Origin: Candidatus Sulfopaludibacter sp. SbA3
GTDB taxonomy: Bacteria; Acidobacteriota; Terriglobia; 2-12-FULL-54-10
Direction: 5' to 3'
Assembly: GCA_945865705.1 (NCBI GenBank)
Contig: CAMBEY010000002.1
Location: 1 to 40,980, forward strand
Length of the DNA: 40,980 nucleotides
The notes below the pieces were generated by a model. The model worked only from the letters and a program-made list of their open reading frames with translations, was not told the DNA's origin and made no database searches. Positions 35,701 to 40,980 of this stretch are shown in pieces. The translations under genes and the position numbers were made by a program. How positions within the stretch are numbered: position 1 is the first letter of the stretch; every line of letters begins with the position of its first letter.

Positions 35701-36481
35701 ACTCCAAGTGGAGCTGGAAGTGCTGTTAGCCGAAGCCGCGACGGAGAATCTTCCACTGCTGCAAGCCGAGGAGTTGTTGGTTGCCGAGGAAAATTGGTTG
35801 CAGTTGCGAACCAAGCTCGACAATATGGGCCCCATCAACATGATGGCGCTTGAGGAGTACGAGGAGTGCAAGACGCGCCACACCTTCCTCGAACAGCAGC
35901 GCCAGGATTTGCTCGACTCGATTCGTGATACGACCATGGCCATTCAGGAGATTGACGAAATATGCAATCGCCAGTTCACTGAAGCGCTGGGAATTATCGG
36001 CGCGCACTTCCAGGAGACATTCACGCAACTCTTCGGCGGTGGCCAGGGCATGCTGCGGCTGATTCAGACCGAAGACATGAAGGACGCGAGCGAAGCTGGC
36101 ATTGAGATTGTGGCCCAGCCGCCGGGCAAGCGCTTGCAGAGCGTGCTGCTGCTCTCAGGCGGCGAGAAGGCAATGACGGCGATGGCGCTGCTGCTGGCAA
36201 TCTTCCGCTACAAGCCAAGTCCGTTCTGCGTTCTCGACGAAGTCGACGCGCCGCTGGACGAAGCCAACATCGGTCGCTTCACGCAGATGGTCCAGCAGAT
36301 GAGCCGCAATACGCAATTCATCTTGATCACGCACAGCAAGCGAACCATGAGCGTGGCGTCCGTGTTGTATGGAGTAACGATGCAGGAGCCAGGCGTGTCG
36401 AAGATCGTCTCGGTGCGCTTCAATCAACATGCGCTTCCGGCAGCCCCGAGTTCCCGCCTGCTGGCCGAGGCGGTAGCGTAA
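32729..36481 (+). CDS. smc: Chromosome segregation protein SMC
   Basis: GTG start after GAGGTG. Walker A GPNGCGKSNI. Long coiled coils with a central hinge. Signature LSGGEKA. Walker B FCVLDEVDAPLD. Confidence 0.96.
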   Translation: MLKLQKVEMLGFKSFADATQIEFHGAGVAAVVGPNGCGKSNIADAIHWVLGEQSVKTLRSSKMQDVLFSGTPQRRATGLAEVKLTLVDPEARALAETLPMIAPAAKQQPEDAELAEESSSANEQVAKLKTDGVISVARRLFASGESEYLMNDRICRLRDIQELFLGTGLGPDSYAIIEQGRIGQILSAKPYERRGLIEEAAGITKFKAKRKLAWAKLESSKQNLARVSDILEEVGKQVNSLQRQAAKARRYKELFEQVRVQLRGILFSKQRQKDEEASGLAIELGALRRAVEDQAAQIGVQERTQQESHATLDQRQSELRDATEQRSSLLLAAERARGQVASQLQQLQFLTRRIEEAAAEDTQLQTRLEVLQTERAECATLLAGIEAERDSLLARLQDWERRARECQSELQQGTTRLEQIRIEMLNAVGECATLRNQVSQIEQFLAQTSRQTAHAEKQAAELESLREAADGRRRDTDERVGLQKLERENLSSRQRELEGTLRAQRELESQTRAELERSRTELASERARLISLKEILDRHSYATETVQRLFELKSVEDAGRGKLESSGVLADFLEVEPAYERVVEEFLREELDYVVVSNWDSAERGLQLLKNEVPGRAAFILHDQQIDSTAGLQSALAPETPGILRPLASCVRFLNGFSSAPAGLLPKLNNCYLVSDAEAGRTLAAKHPEKFFLTGEGIWFQGAMVSAGKTDSQGPLALKREMRSLEREVELHVETEAQLTVSLKETTEIIGRTQTELNEVGIRERESERVLMHAERDLREAAEEEARVAGRSDLIALELDRLRAETKSAQEQLAQDTQSIAAKEKARLELEEENTTIMAATTQLRQQVEEARAVEGDLRGRLAALEERRRASASSVSRLDQTLREVSGRRTEISQQTGEWGTQRVNTEENNRRLEEEITQAAERCEILSRHIEELHTTSAQLREQLAALDQHLHQTRLELEIVREKRSGAEVQMARLQSELDHLRETCRIELQVELEVLLAEAATENLPLLQAEELLVAEENWLQLRTKLDNMGPINMMALEEYEECKTRHTFLEQQRQDLLDSIRDTTMAIQEIDEICNRQFTEALGIIGAHFQETFTQLFGGGQGMLRLIQTEDMKDASEAGIEIVAQPPGKRLQSVLLLSGGEKAMTAMALLLAIFRYKPSPFCVLDEVDAPLDEANIGRFTQMVQQMSRNTQFILITHSKRTMSVASVLYGVTMQEPGVSKIVSVRFNQHALPAAPSSRLLAEAVA

Positions 36482-36492
36482 TTCATGCAAAC

Positions 36493-37056
36493 TTAGGACG
36501 GCCTGCTTAGTTTCTTCAAAGCAGAGATCAAGTCAGTGCGCGTGAAGACGCGCCGCTCTTCGAGTTGCTTGATGAGGCCGCACCAAAGCGCCGCGGTTAG
36601 CTCGTGTCCCTTGGGCGTGTCTCCCGCCTGTAGCAGTTGATCGAGAAGCTCGCGCGGATTCGCGGCGCTAGAATTCTCTAAACCTCCCGTTCGTGTTCCC
36701 ATTACATCCTCAGCGGATGCCGCGCCCTGTCGATGGCCCGAAAAATCACGACCCCAGAAATCAATTGATTCGACGAACTCGATTCCCGACTCGTGATACC
36801 CAGGGTGCGAGTCCGATGGTAGGTGCCAGGCGATGCGAAACGGCGTTTGGCGGCATGAGCTAAGATTCATTACGTTGCCCTTGGAGCTTCCATCAAGAGG
36901 CCGTCGGCTGCGAAGATGTGCGCCATGGCGGGAAATATGAACCGTAGACACAATCTCTTTTGCAGCCGTCCCTCCAGTGTGATCCTCCACCACTAGCATT
37001 AGATTGTGCCGCGCCGGAATACGCTCGCTACGCCTGTTCTTGTTGGATGCTTTCAT
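36493..37056 (-). CDS. PilZ-domain protein (putative c-di-GMP receptor) with helical C-terminal extension
   Basis: N-terminal RRSER (RxxxR), then HISRHG ([D/N]xSxxG-like with H). The start ATG overlaps the upstream gene's stop (ATGA at 37056-37053). Confidence 0.65.
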   Translation of the reverse strand: MKASNKNRRSERIPARHNLMLVVEDHTGGTAAKEIVSTVHISRHGAHLRSRRPLDGSSKGNVMNLSSCRQTPFRIAWHLPSDSHPGYHESGIEFVESIDFWGRDFSGHRQGAASAEDVMGTRTGGLENSSAANPRELLDQLLQAGDTPKGHELTAALWCGLIKQLEERRVFTRTDLISALKKLSRPS

Positions 37057-37679
37057 ATCACCTGCTTAAGTTTTTCAAAATCCATTCCTGGTTTAGGAAT
37101 AAAGCTTCCGTCCCCGTTGCCAGCATTCCGTTGCGCGGCTTGCAACGCCAGATTGCACTTGGCAAATCCTTTTTCCTCCAGCACAAGAAAAGTTGCCGCA
37201 ATGACAGCCAACAAAGCATGGTGCCGATCGGGAAGGCGTGCCTGGGCGAAAGCCGTGGCAAAAGGAATACCGATACTCGCCTCCAATGTAGAGGCCAGAC
37301 CAGAAGCAGCCACCACGATGTCATCAACCAACAAAGGGGGTTCCGGGAGGCATGGTGAGGAAGCCGCATCCTCGAGCAAGAGGGGAATTGGCGAATCAAT
37401 GAAACGAAGCTCCACTTCAAAACACGATGCATGCCGCTTGCTGCGAGTAACGCCGGCGACGCGGCAGCGGGCAATGCCATCCAAAAAGGGGGCGGAGATA
37501 ACGAGCTGAATCCCGCGCTCAAAAGGGTTCACGGATATTGCCCGAAGCATGCGATCCGTGCAGGTAACGGCACGGGCGTAGTAGTTGAGCGTAATGCCAT
37601 TGCTAAAACGGCAACTCATCCGGATGGGCACCGGAGAGGTTCGAAAATCCCGAGAAAAATCGGCAGCCAACTTTTTCAT
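37053..37679 (-). CDS. Hypothetical protein, possibly a degenerate PilZ-like N-domain plus helical C-domain
   Basis: Start trimmed to MKKLAADFSRDFR (ATG 37679, AGGAA upstream). Lacks intact RxxxR and DxSxxG motifs. Translationally coupled to the PilZ gene. Confidence 0.55.
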   Translation of the reverse strand: MKKLAADFSRDFRTSPVPIRMSCRFSNGITLNYYARAVTCTDRMLRAISVNPFERGIQLVISAPFLDGIARCRVAGVTRSKRHASCFEVELRFIDSPIPLLLEDAASSPCLPEPPLLVDDIVVAASGLASTLEASIGIPFATAFAQARLPDRHHALLAVIAATFLVLEEKGFAKCNLALQAAQRNAGNGDGSFIPKPGMDFEKLKQVI

Positions 37680-37821
37680 GAACCTAATTCCTGATCGTTT
37701 TCCTCTGCGCTGAGCGCAATGGGATGAGTCGAGAATAAGGGACAGCCGGAAATGAGCCAAGCGGAAAGAGCAATTCCGTTACAAGTCGGGTACAGGTGGA
37801 GGGGAATTTCGTCGGTACGGT

Positions 37822-38211
37822 CTAAAATTCAACGATCTGCATGGTCTGATCAATGGATACAGTCGGCATGCCCGAGGCAGGCCCAGAGTAGGTGGCAGTT
37901 ATGGTGAAGGTCTGATCGGAGATTGTAGAGGTGTAGCTGTATCCTTCACGTCCGCGTGTGTGGTCAAAGACCAGGTCGCCGATCGACTGCAACTCCTCCA
38001 GGGACGTGTAGTGTGCGTTAATAGCCCAGTACGAGCGCTCGGCTTGCGCCATGCGCAATAGATCATTCTTCACGCTGGTGATGTCGACTGCCGCCCGTGG
38101 ATTCCCAGTTCCCTGAGTAATATCGCCCGGACCCGTAAGCTGCGAGCGGTAAATGTACATGCCGATGGCCACTACGATCAGCAACCCCGCCATTCCGAAA
38201 GCTCCACGCAT
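37822..38211 (-). CDS. Membrane-anchored pilin-like protein without a prepilin cleavage motif
   Basis: GGGAGG precedes ATG 38211. One N-terminal TM helix, then a pilin-like pattern: NDLLRMAQAERSYWAINAHYTSLEELQSIG ... FTITATYSGP. Confidence 0.6.
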   Translation of the reverse strand: MRGAFGMAGLLIVVAIGMYIYRSQLTGPGDITQGTGNPRAAVDITSVKNDLLRMAQAERSYWAINAHYTSLEELQSIGDLVFDHTRGREGYSYTSTISDQTFTITATYSGPASGMPTVSIDQTMQIVEF

Positions 38212-38264
38212 CGCTAACCTCCCTGCGGAAAAATCATTCCGTGCCAAACCCAAGCCGTCAGCCG

Positions 38265-38867
38265 TTAGTGCAGCTTCCAGCGATGCAGCAGCTTCCGGCA
38301 GGTGCAGAAACGGCCAAGATGAAATAGTCCGGCCTCAGCGGTTGTGAATTTCAGAATTACATCGGGCACAGGTGGATGGCCATTGCCCAGGGTGATGTGA
38401 GGCACGAAGCGTTTGTAGCTGGCCCGCCCGCGGAATCGCGTCACCCATTCCGCATCCTGGGAACGGGCAGGCTCGCCATCAGAGAAAAATGATTCCATAC
38501 CCCCCAAATCTTCCGAGAGGCTCTTTACCTCGTCCATCATCTGCGCATGCAGGCGAAATAGTTCAGGAGTCCGGGCGATCCGCAGAGAGGCCACCGCGCC
38601 ACGACCGGAGATCTTGGCAACAGACAGCGGCAGGGGCTCAGTTTCCCGAAGCGTTTTATCAAGCCGCTCGATGAGCGCAAGCAAACTGGATCGCCGCACA
38701 AATAATTGTGCGAGGCTCAGGTGTGGAACCGTCGAAGGACCAAACAGGAAACCATCCGGACGCTCGGCGTGAAGCAGGGAGTTGAGCTGGCAAACACGCT
38801 CCTGTACCTCTTCCGGTAGAAGCAGCACCACGCCCACTGCGATGATTTCCTGATCGCTGTATACCAT
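38265..38867 (-). CDS. 2H phosphoesterase superfamily protein (LigT / 2'-5' RNA ligase-like)
   Basis: Start trimmed to MVYSDQEII. Two H-x-[ST]-x motifs, VPHLSLAQ and VPHITLGN, at the spacing expected for the 2H fold. Confidence 0.7.
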   Translation of the reverse strand: MVYSDQEIIAVGVVLLLPEEVQERVCQLNSLLHAERPDGFLFGPSTVPHLSLAQLFVRRSSLLALIERLDKTLRETEPLPLSVAKISGRGAVASLRIARTPELFRLHAQMMDEVKSLSEDLGGMESFFSDGEPARSQDAEWVTRFRGRASYKRFVPHITLGNGHPPVPDVILKFTTAEAGLFHLGRFCTCRKLLHRWKLH

Positions 38868-39129
38868 ACCCTTTAAGATTATAGGGTACTTGAACCACGT
38901 GATGCAGCAGCGGAGAGGTGACTGTTCTGCGCCAGAACAAAACAGGCGGGAACCGAGCAAATCATTGAGACGGAGATTTCTCGAGAGTACGTTTTGGAGG
39001 GAAGGAGAATATCGAAGGCAATCTCCGAGGAATTCAGGCAAACCATCTTTTTACATGAATACAACTATTCGGTCGCTATAATTGTGCTTCAGTTCATGGC
39101 CGTGATGAGCTACAAAAGAGCGTTGGAGA

Positions 39130-40590
39130 TTGCGACAAATGCGAATGCGATTTTCCGATCCGGAGCATCAGGCGGCAAGAGTGGCTGGCATCGTGCTGGC
39201 ACTTGCGGCCGCCTACTCAGTACTGAGTTTCGGTGGAGTCGACGAAGTATTTTTTGCAGGGACGCAAATCACGATCGCGCTATTAGGGTTGGTGTTGTTT
39301 TGGAAATTCGGACTCCCATCACTGTCGTTGACCACCAAATGTATTCTCGGAATTATTTCCGTATTTCCGCTGGTACAAATGCTTCCGATGCCCAGCGCCC
39401 TGTTAAGGACATTGTCACCGCAGAGAGTTCGATTGGCAGAAAGCTTGAAAGTTCTTGACCTCGTTCCGAATGAACTGATATCCCTGACAATCTATCAACA
39501 CGGAACAACCAGCGCCTTCTTGCGACTGGTCTGTTATCTCCTGGTATTTCTTATAGCAATCCGAATATACAACCTCGGCGAAGGGTATTCGACGCTGGCG
39601 AAGTTACTCATCGGACTTGGAATTTTTGAAGCGTCGTATGGAATAGTCCAGTATCTTACAGGATGGCAGTACATTTTTTTCTACCAGAAAAAGACGCATG
39701 AGCTGTTGGCAACTGGAACTTACATCAACCGAAACCATTATGCCGGGCTGCTGGAAATGACGCTGCCTTTTCTTCTGGCAGGAATTCTTTTCGAGACGCG
39801 AAGTGGTGCCTCTAATCGGCTGTCGTCGTGGCGCAGAATCATTGTTTCGCCGCATCTCTCGCGGGGTTTGCGAAACGGAGTCTTTTTTGTTCTCATATTC
39901 ATCGGTCTGATTTTCTCGCTTTCGCGTGGCGGGATCACGGCGGCCTTGGCTGGTGTATTGGTTACTGTGGCGATTGCGGCCTTCCAAGGGAAGCGGTCAG
40001 TAACAGGAATCCTTTTAACGATTCTAACCATTGCTGTTTTATACACGACATGGATTGGTGTCGGCCCAGTGTATGAACGCTTTCGAGTACTCGGCAACCA
40101 AAACTTCCTGGAGCAAGACCGATTACCGATCTGGCGCGATACTCTTGCATTGATAAGCGACTTCCCGATCACTGGAACAGGATTAGGATCCTATGAGTGG
40201 GCGAGCCTGCATTATCAGTCTCAAATGCTGGGTCTGCGCTACGCTCACGCTCACAATGACTATCTCGAAATTGCCGGTGATGTAGGAATTCCATTGGCGG
40301 CCCTATTTTGGGGCAGTCTCTTGGTATTGTTTGTGAACCTTGTTCGGAGTGTGGGTCGCCTCCCGCACGCAAGAGATAATATCCTGGCAACAGGATGCGC
40401 CGGGGCCATGGTCAGCATCTTTGTGCATTCACTCACGGACTTCAATCTGCAGATACCCGCCAATGCATTGATTTTCGCGTGGATTGCGGGAACCGCTGTA
40501 GCGCTAATCCAACAAAGATTACCAAAGGCATCGAGTGTCGAAGTCAGTGTGCCGATCAAGCAACATAGTGTAAAGCTTGATCTTGATTAG
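39130..40590 (+). CDS. O-antigen ligase / polymerase family (Wzy_C-like) membrane protein
   Basis: More than 10 TM segments. FSLSRGGITAALAGVLV, and a periplasmic loop with YAHAHNDYLEIAGDVGIPL, typical of the O-antigen ligase-like family. TTG start; ATG 39139 is also possible. Confidence 0.8.
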   Translation: MRQMRMRFSDPEHQAARVAGIVLALAAAYSVLSFGGVDEVFFAGTQITIALLGLVLFWKFGLPSLSLTTKCILGIISVFPLVQMLPMPSALLRTLSPQRVRLAESLKVLDLVPNELISLTIYQHGTTSAFLRLVCYLLVFLIAIRIYNLGEGYSTLAKLLIGLGIFEASYGIVQYLTGWQYIFFYQKKTHELLATGTYINRNHYAGLLEMTLPFLLAGILFETRSGASNRLSSWRRIIVSPHLSRGLRNGVFFVLIFIGLIFSLSRGGITAALAGVLVTVAIAAFQGKRSVTGILLTILTIAVLYTTWIGVGPVYERFRVLGNQNFLEQDRLPIWRDTLALISDFPITGTGLGSYEWASLHYQSQMLGLRYAHAHNDYLEIAGDVGIPLAALFWGSLLVLFVNLVRSVGRLPHARDNILATGCAGAMVSIFVHSLTDFNLQIPANALIFAWIAGTAVALIQQRLPKASSVEVSVPIKQHSVKLDLD

Positions 40591-40614
40591 ATTGGGCATT
40601 TCCTCACGCGGAGA

Positions 40615-40980
40615 TTATTTTGTGGCGAGACCGGGGCGGGTCTTGGGTAAGGTCCTGGGTAGGAGCGAAACGTCATCAAGCCAAACCGTGCCCTGAAGCA
40701 GGTTGTTGAGTTTGGAACTTCTGTTTCGTCGCAGGCGGACTAGAACCATGCTGGTATTGGGCCCGGCTCGAAAATCAATTTGTTGCGCAGTCCAGGGCGA
40801 AGATCCGACAAAGGTCTCCGTCAGGAGTTCCGGAGAGTTTTCGGGAAGCGCTGGAATGGAAACCAGCGATAGATAGAGGCCGTTATCGGTCGAAATATCC
40901 TGAGTTTTCAGGTATGCCTGAAAACGATAATCCATTCCCGGTTCCACAGGAACCCATTGTTGTACATGGGAGAACTCTGG
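40615..40980 (-). CDS. C-terminal part of a larger protein, truncated by the window edge (carbohydrate-binding-module-like jelly-roll end)
   Basis: The reading frame stays open to position 40980. The pattern YRFQAYLK ... WTAQQIDF ... VLVRL ... GTVWLDDVSL resembles a CBM/galactose-binding-like domain C-terminus. Confidence 0.55.
   Translation of the reverse strand, partial: PEFSHVQQWVPVEPGMDYRFQAYLKTQDISTDNGLYLSLVSIPALPENSPELLTETFVGSSPWTAQQIDFRAGPNTSMVLVRLRRNRSSKLNNLLQGTVWLDDVSLLPRTLPKTRPGLATK

Noticed and set aside
1-40980. Scan for CRISPR arrays, tRNA/rRNA/tmRNA genes, IS elements, integrases, and retron or reverse-transcriptase genes
   Set aside because: No regularly spaced 25-40-bp repeats, no tRNA T-loop or acceptor signatures, and no transposase-, integrase- or RT-like ORFs were seen in any frame.

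Overview
The window looks like a chromosomal segment from a moderately high-GC Gram-negative soil bacterium. The likeliest phylum is Acidobacteriota, inferred from giant TonB-dependent receptors with carboxypeptidase-regulatory-like N-domains and many secreted amidohydrolases. The left half (1-20 kb) carries a dksA-like gene, a higBA toxin-antitoxin pair and a + strand cluster. That cluster holds three paralogous secreted Amidohydro_3-type hydrolases, two tandem paralogous TonB-dependent receptors, a large unknown membrane protein, a signal-less periplasmic-binding-protein-like gene and a Tat-exported amidase. The middle carries lepA, small unknown proteins, an aguA/aguB agmatine-to-putrescine pair and an orphan alpha/beta-hydrolase. 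It also carries a chromosome-partition locus: two perfect parS palindromes, parA, parB and a co-directional ankyrin gene. The right part carries a DUF360 holin-like gene, a DUF2007-like gene, a small lipoprotein, two tandem Cu/Zn superoxide dismutases and smc. It ends with a minus-strand cluster (PilZ, PilZ-like, pilin-like, 2H phosphoesterase), an O-antigen-ligase-family gene and a truncated CDS at the right edge. I saw no rRNA, tRNA, CRISPR array, transposase, integrase or recognisable phage-defence operon. I cannot point to a definite novel system. The best candidates for uncharacterised biology are: (i) the TonB-receptor/amidohydrolase/amidase cluster with its duplicated promoter module; (ii) the parS inverted pair enclosing a triple iteron-like repeat; (iii) the PilZ/PilZ-like/pilin-like/2H-phosphoesterase cluster; (iv) the GGAAU heptad array and repeated 11-mer in the aguBA leader and spacer; (v) the 507-aa membrane protein plus orphan binding protein. 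All product calls rest on motifs read by eye from the ORF translations. No database search was run.
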